Translations under genes and position numbers: made by a program
In this document: positions 26,501-38,640 of the stretch, in pieces
How the letters are laid out: each line of letters begins with the position of its first letter
Position numbering within the stretch: the first letter of the stretch is position 1
From: Raillietiella orientalis
Taxonomy: Eukaryota
Direction: 5' to 3'
Assembly: GCA_036172245.1 (NCBI GenBank)
Contig: JAYWIR010000023.1
Span: 2,666,001 to 2,730,000, forward strand
Length of the DNA: 64,000 nucleotides
Notes under the pieces: generated by a model
Seen by the model: only the letters and a program-made list of their open reading frames with translations
Databases searched by the model: none
What the model was told of the DNA's origin: nothing

Positions 26501-29500
26501 ATATGTCCGTTTTTATTTCTATTTCTGTTGACAGCGTTAGTAGAACCTCATCAGCCGATTCATAGATAACTCCTAGGAGGTGCACTCTTTAGGTTTAGAC
26601 CGGATTCATCTCCGTTTCCTAATCCAAAGGACTTTCAAGTTGACACGAAATCGGGAATGAACCAAACAAAAAAAAAAGGATACAAATAGCATTTAATCTT
26701 TCTTCGGTCTTCGAGAGAATTTTTGGAAGACACCACTGGAGGAAGGGAGTCACTTTCTAAAGGACTCGTGAGAGAGAGGGATCGATACATAAAGGGTGAT
26801 TGACGACACTTTAGTGCACAGCAAGCGAATACAGCCAGGAATCCGGCAGATGAAGTTTCTCAGGAAATGATCTCGATAGGAAATATAAAGGAAAGACAGA
26901 ACTGGAACTGTAGAGTAACGTAGCTCCTAAAAAGTTTGTCGGATAAACTCTTGAGGAAGCTAAGTAGTGAAGCAATACTATTGCTTTCATCAGAAGTCAT
27001 GCTTTGTTGCTTAATCTTTCACATCATCAAGCATGCAGCTGGACACATTGTTCATTTATTTTTTTCCCATCTCCCTGGAGTTAAATCTTGTAGATTCAGT
27101 TGGATCTGTTACTAGTGCGACGGTTACGGTGCACAGGTTACAAAGTTTTAAGATGCGAATTTAACGTTCGTGGGTCCTTTCATGGCAAATGCTCGTTTGG
27201 AAGTCGGTTTGTTGCGCAAGAAGAGAGAGGTCAAATGATGTCTTAAAACTGGATGACACCAAACCTTTTAAGAATTCCGTTCGGATTTTGGAAGCATTCC
27301 ACATTTTCATGCTTCCTTCTCATGGAAAAGAAAGGAGTATGTGTTCTAAGAACAATTAGTCCTTCGGGGTACCTTATCAGGTGAAACTTTGTAAAGTTTA
27401 GTTTGATCTCTTTGGCTTCAGGGAATCTCAAGATGGAGGAAGCCAAATGAATTCTACTTTTAAGATTGAAGGCATCATAAAAGATTAAAGAAATCACTAT
27501 TGGAATCAATAAAGTTCTCAATAAGGGGCCTTATCTCTTGAATTCTTTAGTCCGTATCTTTTAGCCTGAAGTCAGATTGATGATGCGACTGGAATTCTGT
27601 TTTCCTCCGCATTTATGTGCACATTGCACATGAACATCCCTTCGTGAGACTGTTCATGTCTCGTGGCATACTGTCCGGTTCATCCTTCCTTCTACCACTG
27701 CTACGTTTGCTAAGAACCCTGCTAAGATATTCCTTGTACCTTTGCTAAGAACACGATGCAAACTTCATCCCGTCCACGTGAGTTTGCATGATATTTTTTT
27801 CGCATACTGTTATCGAATCTGCACAAAATTCAGGTGCTTTCGTACGGATGATTTCATCCTCACAAACGTGATCTCATTTTCTTTATTTTCCCTACTGATT
27901 CAGAAGCATCGATGTGATTTTGTTTTTTCGTTAGCTGTTGTATGCGAACAATCTTTTGCTACGTGCCGAGCACTGCAACGGGTAAAGCAATCATGTTGGC
28001 TTCCGATATCACATTTCGTGTTTTTTTGAGGCGCTTCGCATCGACTCATTCTGACTTACATAAATGTGCATTCATACATTACACTCTTGATTACATACGA
28101 TAGGATTTCTTAGCTGCTCTCTTCGTGCTGCTGAAATCGAATTGGGTGCTGAAGTTGTTTGATTCTTCGTTTTTGGTTCCCAACTTTGGAACTCTCCTAT
28201 GTTTCTTTCGGGAGGTCAGGTCGGTGGCAAGCACTGGAAAGCAGCATGGGGTTCCTCAGAAAACTTGGATTTCTCTTTCCATGCTCTTTCAGCTTCTGTT
28301 TCGCAATGGGTTGCTTCCTTTTGCAACTTGCTTACAAGGAAGTGGTCTTGACAATCTCCCAAGGAGAGCAGCAGGGGCCTTTCGAACCCGAAGAGGTGTG
28401 CTGACCAGTCTGTCGGACTGATGAGGAAGCGTGCATGCCCTTCCCTTGTGTTGCCCCCGTCGTGCATCCCTGATCTCTCGTTGCTTCGTTCTATGCCTCA
28501 AGTGAGCTTCGGGTGCGTTCCTAGCAATGCACCTTTCCGAATGAGAGACCAAATTGAATAGATGAGATGAGATCCTCCCTGTCGAAGTGTCGCGAGTCAT
28601 TTGGTTACCACGCGCAACTTGTGCCATTCGCATACTTACTGGTGGAACCATTCCACAAGACGGATACTTGCAAGCTCATCCACTTTAGTTTGCGTTGTCG
28701 CTTGGTTCATTTTTGGTGGTCTGGATGCGGAATAGTGCAGGTACATCACCGGACAATCTTTTCATTTATCCGAAGGAGCGAGGAATCTTAGCAAAGAATC
28801 TGAGCATCTCATTTTGAGGAGCTGGATGACTCGCGCTTGCTGTCAATGGCGAGTGTGTATGCAGCTTCCTTGTGTGTTGCTCTTTTCGGATTCAGCTTGC
28901 TTTTGTGATGAAACAGGCAGCAATGATGCAATTATGATTTTTTTCTCCGTTATTTCAGGAATCACTGACAGACTTGATATCCCGGATTTTGAAGCGTCAG
29001 AGGAAGCACATCTTCGGTGACCTCTTTGAACTCAATAACGACAGAAATAACCTCAGCGAATCTCTCAGGTGAGTCCCATAGTAGGGGAAGATGCTCGGCA
29101 TCCCAGGAAAGAGCAGCTGCCTCCGATAAACAAGAGAGGTGCTGCCTTTTGCAGGAAATTACTGGCCAACGAGCAACAAAGTGAACGCGCGGCCAGTCGC
29201 TGTAACGAGTGAACTTGACCATCTTTGACCCCGAAATCTCTGCAAGAGCCCTTGTGAGTCTCGATGTTGCTCCAGGGGGTTCCCAAATTGGGTTCGTAGT
29301 TGTCGGGTATGCCTCTGTCCTGTATGTCAGGTGGTCTGTTTTTCGGTGCATGCGGTCGCTAGTCAAACGTACGTACGGGAGAGGTCAGCGAAGACACGCA
29401 AGACTTTCCTGGGTTGCTTAATTCTCTTGTGGGAGACTCTAGGGGATGCTATGGGACGTAGGGTTCCGCGGAGGCAGAGATGCGCGTTCTGCGTTGTGGT

Positions 29501-32500
29501 TTGCGAGCCCTAAAAATCACTTTCGGTCACTTCGTGGGCCCCAGCTGTAGCGCTGTGCAGCGCTCCATTCCTCTCAGGTGTCCTTTCCCCTGTTGCTCAT
29601 TGGAGAGGAGAGGGGGAGGTGGGTTCGCGCCGGTTGGATGCGGCTTCAGCACCTTCGCCGTTCGCTTCCACCAATAAGGGGGGTGTTAAACTCTGATGAA
29701 GAGGAATGGCAGACTTTCGCGCCTCAATCTGGCAATCCTGCGAGCCGACGGAAATGCTGCTGCGTCTTGGGCACCTCTCTGAGGTGGACCCCATAGGCTG
29801 CCGTGCTATTCATTCGTTTGCACTCGCAAAACCCCGGGATCCTGTGCTGGTAGTGATTTGCATTGGGCGTGGAAAATTCCCTCTCTCTCTTTCTTCGTTT
29901 CCTTTTCTTCCCTTTCACCTTCTCGGTGTCAGGTTTCAAGAACCTCGGTGCTTATCTTGAGCCTGGTTAAATCAGAGTGAGCCCGCTTGCTTCATTTCAT
30001 TTCTGCCGTCTCCACAGTTTCTGTTTCAACACAAGAAAAAGAAGTGCACGCGGGGGGGGGAGGGTGCCGTCGAATTTCTTTCGCATTTTTTGCCAGGACC
30101 TTCTTCCGTCTTTTACACAGAACACTCTGCCGTTTTTGTGTTTACCTCCCTTCCTTGTCGAAACGGTTCGGACGCCCATGTGCCAATGGTCGGTTCTCTG
30201 GGAAAAACGGACATTGTTCCCAGAGTACCAGCCGTCCGTCCTTGGCAGATCCCCAACAATCTTCCTTAGTTCCTCTTCCAAAAACCCTCTCTCCTTTTTT
30301 TCTTTCCTGTTCCCCTGTCCAGCATCTTTTCCTATGCGTCATACCACCCGTGACTCTTACTGCCTTCACCGGGTGTTTTGGATTTTTCAGGACCCTTTCC
30401 ACCGTTCTTCCACATCGTGCTGGGGATCTGCTGCGTTCTTTCGATTCTGCCCGCAGAGAACCCCGGTGCGTCATTTGGTTTCTAGTTCCGCTTTTCCTCC
30501 TTCTTGTGGGGCTTCCTTCCGTGGGTCCTGTAGTCCTCCTCCGCAGTCGTTCCATGGTGACACGCATCGTCGCGCGTTCGCTCTGGATCCTCTTTTCAGC
30601 CTTTTTTCCTTCCAGCCCTTTCAAGGAAATCCGCTTCGAGGCATCACCCTGTCCAAAGGGTGGGCTTCTCCGCGCATGGGGGACGCAGGACCCTGGAACG
30701 AATCTGGAATCCTCCTCGATGCAATCCCGGTTTCGGGGAAATGCACGTTCCTACGGCAGAAAGAATTCCGCGCTCCGTCGCTCCCGAAGATGAAAGCATG
30801 TCTTCTCTGTCCCCCCTTCAGTATTCCGGGACGCGGGTCGCGTAGAGGTGCGGTCGGCCACCGTTGGGGACAGCAGCAGCGCAGCCGAAGGCTCATTCGA
30901 AAGCTGCCTCTACTTCCTTTCCGGTCAGCGATTTAGGAACCACCTAGTAGCAGCTGCTCTCGAGTCCCGTTTCCCGCTTCCGTTTTCTGTCCACTTCTCC
31001 TGCGGCGCGCATCTCTGATTCGCTTTCCCTGTTTGCCGGTTGAAGGAGGGTGCAGTCCTTGCTGAGCCAGCGGGTCTTGGAGCTAGGGGGAAACCCTCTG
31101 AGGAATATGATCGTCAGCACTTGGCGGTGCGGGTCCACGTTCCTCGCCGAGTCCGTGCACCACCACCCAGGAAACTTTTACCATTACGAACCGCTCCTGC
31201 CCTTTGGTATACACCGAATCCGACCTGATGAGAACTCTACTGCAGAGGCCGTGCGGCTTCTCAACAGTCTTTTCCAGTGTCGCTACGTAAATCTCGGTAA
31301 TCTCCCTCCCTTTTTATGGGTTCATCTGTGCTGTTTTTTTTTTTTTTTTGATGCATTTTCAGAGGAGTACATGAAGTTCGGGAAGCAATACCCGTTCCTC
31401 TTCTCTCACAACGTGCCTCTATGGCTTCTGTGCCAGAACACTACCCTCTGCCAGTACCACAGTTTCCTCGAAGCGTTCTGCAGCTTGTTTCCGTACCAGA
31501 CCATGAAGACCGTCAGACTTCACCTGAACCTCACCCAGCAGCTGCTGGAGAACAGGAGGTGAGTCCGTCCGCACGAGCCTTGTCCTGGATGCAGGACGAA
31601 CAAGTGCAGGTAATGGATGGCGGCCACGATCCCTCCTCTCCCCTCTCCCTGCGCACTAAACAAACGTCGGGCTCGGTGGCGGGCACTCCATGTCAGCTTC
31701 CTCCTCTGGTGGCCTGAGCCCTTTGCCGTCTTGGCACCGCTACTTTGTCCTTAGCCAAGACAGCCCATACGGCGGTGGCGTTGTTCCCTTTGATCGAGTT
31801 GGCTGAATCGCGGGCTCTGAACTCAGCAGAGAAGAACAAACAGACTATATGCACAGAGGGAAAGGACAGAGACGGCCTCGTTGCTGTAGATGCTCCATGG
31901 GTTTACGAGCAAGAAGGGGTCGGGTTCCCCCAAGGCCTCAACAGGCTGAGTTACAGCCTATGCTTTCCTTTTCCTTGGCGCCTGTTGTCTCCATCGAGAC
32001 CAAGAGATTCCGAGAGACACGAGCGGAGCACTTTCGAAAAGAGTGGGTGGGAAGGTGAAGGGCGGCGACTGGGAAGGGTGGATGCATGCGACAGCGAGAG
32101 ATCAACCCTCGTGCCCTTCATCGCATCTGCAGACTCAAAGTTCCTCGGGAAGAAGAGCGAGGTTGCATTGTGTTCCCAACGAAGAGTGCTTTTAAAGCCA
32201 ACGTGCTGCTCCGTCTCTTACAAAAGGTGCCTAATCTGGAGACCCACTTTTCAAGGATGGACCTCGTGATCCAGTTCATCGGTCCTCCGCAGCCAGACCG
32301 TCCTGGAAGAGTCACCATATTATGTGTCTTTTTTCCGAAAAGAAAAAAGAAACAAAAGAAAAACTAACTGGTCTTCAGTAGCCTTTTCCTCGTCGTGCTT
32401 ATCAGACGATGGAACTGCAATCTCCTTGGATGCGTTTCATGCGAATTATTTTTTTTTGTATGTGTGTGTTTTTGTAGATGCTCAAGATGTGTGCGAGCGT

Positions 32501-35500
32501 GTACACAGAAAACGTACAACTTCAGTTGTTTGTCTTTCATGTCTGTCACGTTCAGATTCCCGCCTTGAATGATCTGCTAGCAGCATCTTTAAGAGGAGGA
32601 ATTCCCAAAGCACCGGCATGCCCGGTTTTCTGAATTGTGACTTGAGAGGTCGCAGGCCCCACGATGAATGTGTCTGGAAGAGTGTCTCTGTCGAAAGTTG
32701 CCATGAAGACCAAGATTGCAGATAAAGTGTTTCTTTTCCAGCCTCAACCTGCGCGTCCTGTACCTCGTTCGCGATCCTCGCGGCACCTTGGAATCGCGAA
32801 AGCATCGCGTGTGGTGCCCAAGCGAACCAGATTGCATCAAACCCGAAATTCTGTGCTCCGATCTGGTGGAAGAGTATTACATCGCGAGGTACCTTCTTTA
32901 TCGATTCCCAGAGCACTTCAGGTATGTAAACACGCTGTAACAGCTCAGAGGAGAAACACACACACAATCTTGGTTGGGCTTTAACCTGATTTCGAAAACA
33001 AGACCAGCTTCATTTTCTTGTTCCTCTCTTTGTGTGCGTGCGTTTTTTCATCAGCGGAAACGCGCGCAGCCATCGCGACGCATCGCCACCGCCGGGAGTG
33101 CGGCTTCCAAGCGAGCGAACGGTGCCGAGTGCGAAGCGTGCGCTGCCCTCCTCGCTTCGCTGGACGTGCACTTGCCACGGCTGTTTCGTTCGCTCGTGCA
33201 CCCACCGGTATCCACTACCCAACTTGGGAGGAAGAGCCGCATCCTGCAGTCGACCGGTGCCCGTTTCCTGGAGTTCGCAGGCGGGCTTTTCTTCCTCTTA
33301 GGCGTCAGCAGATTTCGCGCTTATCTGGGTTACAGACGGAGGCGCGCGAAATGCTGTGCTTGTTCGCGGTGCCGGTTCAACCTTGCGGAGCTCCCGCATT
33401 CTCTTCTGTGTTCCAACGAGCCCGCTAGAAAGCGCTATCCGGAATACACGTTGCTATGGTTGGAGGCAGGAAGGTTTAGAGCGAGCGAGAGAGATTCGGG
33501 AACATGGCAAATCTGAGCAGGTCGAAAAACTGTGCTGTCTCATAAAGAGCATCTGCGCAACGAGATTTGGCGGTCCCTTTTCTCTCCAAGTCGACTTAGC
33601 CTTTGGACTATCTCTCTCCCGATGAATGCAGTGGTTGTGTCTTCAGCCTCTTGAATGTTTAGGGTCAAGAAGCTATAGCTCGGACGATCGCAACAGTGAT
33701 TTTTCCAGCAAAGTAACTCAGGATGTGACTACGCAATCATTCGGTGTGCTGTGATTTGAAGCAAGACGACGCAAGCAGCGTCGTGTTCACTTCCCAAACC
33801 ATGTCCGTCATCTTAACTTTAGCTCAATCCCTCTCCGTTCTCTTTAAAGCGACTCGTAAGCGTCTTTTGCACTCACTCAAACATTAGTCGGCAGTGCTTT
33901 TTCGAGTGCTCTTGAAACTTCGGCGAGCAAGGAGGCTGCTATGAAAGCCGTTCGAGTTCCCGATCCTTATCCGTACATTCGAATGGAGTGCATTCAAGCC
34001 CAATAGCTCTGCAGTTGAAACCAGATTTCCATCATCCTCAAGATCTCGAAGGGGAGTCGCTGTTCACCGACGATACGGAGCATCTGTTGTCCGCTGTTGC
34101 TAAGAGCCACCGAGGGAGAAGAACCTACAACTACGGGTCGCGTCCCTTCGAACCGTTGTGAACACTTTCCCATTTGCTGATAAAGCATCTCATGGAAAGT
34201 TGACCTAGAAGCACATGCCATTTCAAGCACAAGTCAGCATTTGCGTGAAGGTTGGCTCGAGACTGGCACACCTGCACAGGCTGCAGTGGGCCAGGCGTGT
34301 GGAAGTGGCAGGGCATAACAAAGAAACTACGAAAAGTCTCGGATGTGGCTCCACTCCAACGAACGTTGCGATTGAGGAACGTCGGGCCACTCTTCGTTCT
34401 CAGGAAAAGGTCGAAGAGATCTCAGGAATGTTTCTACATTATGAAGCGTGATCTCGAAGAAGACAGAAGTGAGTAAAAATAAAGGAAGGAGCAGACTTCT
34501 GTAGGATAAAGACAATTTGAGCGTGATGTGTAAGACGTTTGGATCATGAATTCAAGCTCCCAACTCGACAAACAAGTGATGGTCGAGAGTGGCTTAGGAA
34601 ATGTTCCGTACCAGTAGTTTGCTACCAATGCCCTCTCCTCCTAATTACTTCTTTATTATCAAGAAATAGTAGTTATTATCAAATACTAACATATGGAAGT
34701 GAGTGTATAGCTAGTGAGGTACTATAGAGTCATTCTTTTTATTGTACACGAGACACATGGGATAACGGATAAAAATCATGCTTGAACACCGAAACATAAT
34801 CTGACATTTCTGTTGTTATGGACATGGAGTTCCTTCTTTGAGGTGTTTGTGCGCATTCTGGAAAGTATAGAAGGAACTTCGCGCAGGAATTGCGTGCTAT
34901 CGTGGCCATGTTCGCCGAATCGGAAAACTCATCTCCAGAGGGAATCATGTTCCAGAAATTTCTCTGCCAGAGTACTTCTAGTCCTTTTACTTGGCCGCTG
35001 AAACTCATTAGGTTCGAAGCACGAGGGTTCCTTCGTGAAAGTTTTTCGGGCCATGCTGCACCGCCAAATTGATAGGACTGGTCGAAGTAATGCGTAGACA
35101 TGCTGCCAGCGTGGGTCAGTCAAACGTCTTTGCAGAGCGCAAGCGCAGAGCAAATCGTTCTCGACGCCAAACGAACACGCCGATAGTGAATCCGGGAGGA
35201 AAGGCTTCTGAATGCACACTGACTTTACGTGCTTCGTTGCTCCTTTTTGGCTTCTCTTTTTTGTTTTCTCCTTGCGTCATGGTGCGCATCCAGCTTCCGA
35301 GTGACATGATGCAAACCCACCTCATCCACCACGCACGGGCGTTCATGCTAGAGTGAAAGCTGCAAAATGCACAGCTTGAGGAAGACTAATTTCAGGAAGA
35401 AATCTCTACTTTAACATTGAAGGGAATTGCAGGTCGCAAGAAGACATGTCAGCAAACGCACAGCGTTCTCATTTCTCTAGTATCTATGAGTAGTGGTTGC

Positions 35501-37057
35501 TTTAGTCCTCATTTCTTTAGAGAGAACTAAATAGTGAAACTTCGTGCAATGCAGGATAGCTTTTTGTTGTTGTTGACATGGGTTTCAGCGAGGAACAGCG
35601 GCAGGAACCTCGGTTTGAAACTGGAAAGATACGGGCATTCCGACCAGTCCATCTTCCGCTGAAAATGGGAATCGCTGAACGTTGACGAATCCAGAAAACC
35701 GTCCTCGGTACACGTGAGCTGGTGGGAAATGGCAAAGTCGGTAGCGAGCAGCAGTGCAACCCGCGCTCTCATTGCGTATCACTGAGTTTCGGATTTCAGT
35801 GCTCGATTAAATGTTTCTTGTCATGGTAACGGCTTGCGTGATTGAATTTGGGAAGGCTACACATAAAATGACCATCGGGTGGGAGCTTTCGTGACCGGCA
35901 TAACTACCAAACTACCTGTGGGAGTAACCGTGTCTCAAGGTAGGGCGTCGTTGGTTCTCGGTTCTCGAATTTCCCATCAAAACTGTGGTCTTGTGTGGTT
36001 AGCGGTCTAATGGTTGCATCAGGTGAGCCGGATTACACGTGTGTTTCCCGCATGACTCTGATGATGAGCAGCTTATGTGACTGATTCGAAGATGAGCACA
36101 AGTGATGCCTCATTCCGTGCTTTTTTGCTTCTACCGAGCAATCCTTGCACGCTACCTCGCTCCTGCTATCAGTCAGTTTCGATCACTGCTGGAATTTTCG
36201 ACTCCCTCGTGCGTCTCCTCCGTGATCCCTACCCACTCTTCGTTGTCCATTTCTCTCCAAACGTAAACTTTCTTGGGTGTGTAAATGCGGACATGTATGC
36301 AGTACACGTGGTTTTGCGCAACTCCCTTCATTCCAGTGTTTTTTCTTGCAAACCGTTCCACACGTTCAGTCGGAAAGCTGCCTGGAAATCGTGCGATTCT
36401 TTCAGGAACTGTTAAGAACTTGCTTGGGAAAAAGTGCTTTTGCCTTGTGGTTGCCTCGGTTGTGTTTATTTTTCCACTATTTTTTTTTTTTAATCTCTCT
36501 CTCCTGTCCCGTTTTGTGGATTTCGCTAGGCCCTCAGGCTTTCAACCAGCTTTCCTTACATGACCGAATGTGCCAGCAAATCCGAATCATACGCGTGCCA
36601 TCCGTTCTCAACTTCTGTGTTTACATTTGCGGTTCACTTTCCTTCCTTTCAACTTTCTGTGAAACGTTTACCATCTTAAGAAACAGTCTTTAGAACTGTT
36701 GTTTTCCGTTGTTTCAGAGTTGTGCGCTACGAAGATTTCTCTTCGAAGATTTACCAAGCCACGAAAGATATCTACCAGTTTTTCCAGTTGACGTACACCA
36801 AGCAGACCGAGCTTTTCTTGAAAACACACACGCAGTCCGATTGGGGAGGGGTATCCAGCACGTATCGGCACTCTAAGAGCGCCCCCTTCAACTGGAGGCT
36901 CAAGCTGGAGGAAGACGAAGTACTCTCCATAGAGAAACACTGCCAGAAAGCTCTGAGGCTGTGGGGTTATAACGAATACGGCTCGAACCAGGAGGTCAAC
37001 CTGATGAATTTCAAATCTCTAAACACGCACTGGACCATATTTGCAGGAAACGAGTGA
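20509..37057 (+). CDS. Carbohydrate sulfotransferase (CHST1/2/4/5/6, Gal/GlcNAc-6-O-sulfotransferase-like), type II Golgi membrane protein; whole gene span
   Basis: Exons 20509-20536, 22969-23063, (optional 28339-28395), 28959-29068, 31046-31296, 31363-31558, 32742-32921 and 36718-37057 are phase-consistent (1200 nt without, 1257 nt with the optional exon). N-terminal signal-anchor VLAFLTFLGIMWFVFVLVYY; 5'-PSB IVSTWRCGSTFLAE; FYHYEPL; MKTVRL; 3'-PB LYLVRDPRGTLESR; VRYEDF; C-terminal STYRHSKSAPFNWR...CQKALRLWGY. Confidence 0.88.
21290..21600 (-). mobile_element. RTE LINE 3'-end remnant (intron of the sulfotransferase)
   Basis: IPWDETQGKEGRPRKPYTKLQQDEL resembles the RTE C-terminal W.P.GxRxxGRPRKxWxxxxxxDL. 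Confidence 0.45.
21850..22170 (-). mobile_element. CR1/L2-type AP-endonuclease remnant
   Basis: LCTESWL...FRFQHYY and REDRKNFLLGVLV (cf. LTETWL..GY..RxDR..GGGVL). Confidence 0.4.
22969..23063 (+). CDS. Sulfotransferase exon 2, transmembrane signal-anchor (HKVLAFLTFLGIMWFVFVLVYYKTQDTYYTM)
   Basis: Polypyrimidine tract plus TTCCAG acceptor, ATG|GTTGGT donor. Hydrophobic helix flanked by basic residues, typical of Golgi sulfotransferases. Confidence 0.75.
28339..28395 (+). CDS. Possible 57-nt symmetric stem-region exon of the sulfotransferase (EVVLTISQGEQQGPFEPEE)
   Basis: Phase 0-0, pyrimidine-rich upstream sequence, AAG acceptor and GAG|GTGTGC donor. Not required for frame. Confidence 0.35.
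28959..29068 (+). CDS. Sulfotransferase stem exon (ESLTDLISRILKRQRKHIFGDLFELNNDRNNLSESL)
   Basis: TTTCAG acceptor, CAG|GTGAGT donor. Phase 0 in and phase 2 out, matching neighbours. Confidence 0.75.
31046..31296 (+). CDS. Sulfotransferase exon with 5'-PSB motif
   Basis: LELGGNPLRNMIVSTWRCGSTFLAE...FYHYEPL...LFQCRY; donor G|GTAATC. Confidence 0.9.
31363..31558 (+). CDS. Sulfotransferase exon (EYMKFG...MKTVRLHLNLTQQLLENR)
   Basis: TTTTCAG acceptor, AG|GTGAGT donor; conserved FCSLFPYQTMKTVRL. Confidence 0.9.
32742..32921 (+). CDS. Sulfotransferase exon with 3'-PB motif (LNLRVLYLVRDPRGTLESRKH...PEHF)
   Basis: TTTTCCAG acceptor, AG|GTATGT donor; RDPR..S motif. Confidence 0.92.
33950..34460 (+). 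mobile_element. RTE LINE C-terminal remnant (intron)
   Basis: HRLQWARRVEVAGHNKETTKSL (cf. RLxWAGHVxRM..RxxKxxL). Confidence 0.4.
36718..37057 (+). CDS. Sulfotransferase terminal exon (VVRYEDF...WTIFAGNE*)
   Basis: GTTTCAG acceptor, phase 2; RYEDF and C-terminal W-R/C-LWGY motifs; TGA stop. Confidence 0.92.
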
Positions 37058-37329
37058 ACCGAGTCGCTCATTACCTTCTCAAGATTTGAACCCCATTTCA
37101 GTAAAGATTGCTGTGATATTTATCCTATTTATTTTGTATTGGCAGAAGACTGCAAATTAATGTTTCACTAAAATTTGAAGAAAAAAGAATTCTAGTATAT
37201 AGTTTTTTCCGTCGATATTTTAGAAAAACGGAGGTGCATTCATTAGTCCTGAGCATCCCGAGACGCACAAGCGCGACACCGGAAATGCTTCCGCAAGCGC
37301 TTTCCTGATGTGTACTGCGCGGTCAGGGA

Positions 37330-38640
37330 TTGCTCCCGATTTATCGATAAGAACCATACCCCACCCCTGACTGTGGTGCTTGGAACCATCGGTTCTCCAC
37401 CTTCAAGGCTTCTCCTGCATCCTGTCTTCCTCGTCCCATTCCGTTCCGCGTTTCGATGCTGGCTCTGGAGTGCCCTCCTTTTTTGACCTGTGAATTCCAG
37501 TTGGTCTTCAATTCGGCGAGTTCACACCAGGTCCACTTTTCTTTTTTTGCTTTACAATCGACTATGCAATTAGATCGAAAATCATTTCTGCTTCCTCTTT
37601 CCGCATGGGAACTCGAGGGTTTCCCGAGGAGCTGCACTTCCAGGATGGTTGACCGCCTTACCTGACAGGGTCTTCGAGACCGCTTTAATTGGTCTGATGG
37701 AGTGCCGTTGGTTTTTTGGTCAGTCTGCTACTCGATCGGTAGAACTGCCTGACATAATTGGAAAGGAAACCAGCTGAGCACTCTTGTGAGTTTCGCTCTT
37801 CTCGCGGAATGAGTCCAGTGCACTTCGCTCCCTTCGAGAGCGAAAAGGCAACAAGTGGAACGTGGACGGTATCCATCGAGTGTCGCTTCGGATACCGGGA
37901 GATGGGAGAGGTGGAAATCCGGGTGACTCACTGTACTTTCCATCAACTTGGAAGTGATGTGCGTACTCTCTCAGGTTGGCAGAGACAGTGGCGTTACCTG
38001 CACTTTCGGCCTTCGAAGATTCCCTGCTACTTTGGCACGGGTCAGGAACCAGCTGCATGCATCTGATAAACGGAAACGTAACCGGGGATTATAATCTCCC
38101 TCATCATTTGATGCAGATAGAGGCACGCTGTTTCTTCCCGGGTTGAACGTGAATCCGAGAGATACCGGACCAAGTTCTTTCCCTTACTTCTTTTCTACCG
38201 TTCCTCACCACCGACAGACCGCGCGGATCTCTTGCGGCGGTTTGCTGAGCGCATGCTGCTGCAGCAGCAGCCACTTTGTGCAGCGTTCGGGGATGCGGCT
38301 ACCCAGGCGCTTCGGCCAAGGCAGCGTTGGCATGGGTATCTTGGACTGCCATCAGTTGGAGCGGAACCAGTCCACCTGGAGGGGGAGGAGGCGACCATTG
38401 TGCGAGCATCTGGCTCCAGGCTCCCCGGATGAAGACACAACTCGATATCGGCTCCTCTGGTATCAGGCCGCTGTGCCAATCCGCCGCTCTGTTCGGTAAA
38501 CGGAAGTCGAGACAGACCGCCCAGCTTCAGATAGCGCGATTACTCCGTCCATCCCGTTCCAGATAAGCAGATCGGTGGTGTGAGGTGACTTGCAGCTGGA
38601 TATCTGCCATGATTGCCAGGCATGCTAGGTGGTTGCCGCA
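37330..38640 (-). mobile_element. Decayed HERO/NeSL-type REL-endonuclease non-LTR retrotransposon, 3' part
   Basis: In order on the - strand: QDTHANAA...PRT..KW...VVRNGR (cf. SxDxxVxxA..RTGRKW..G.V..GR), EATLD...KLTRVLSW...LCQA (cf. ATYDxLP..TLxHVLSxC..LxQG), and RSNCIVDCKAKK..CEL...W...ENRWFQAPQSGVG (degenerate PD..ELTxPWE..GW..P.EVG REL domain). Confidence 0.5.

Noticed and set aside
29977..30936. Longest ORF in the track (319 aa) and overlapping 268-aa ORF
   Set aside because: Intronic, pyrimidine-skewed low-stop sequence giving F/S/P/L-rich translations with no domain; likely the antisense of retroelement debris.
37342..37349. TATCGATA (DRE promoter motif)
   Set aside because: Single 8-mer at the end of a retroelement remnant, with no gene start nearby.
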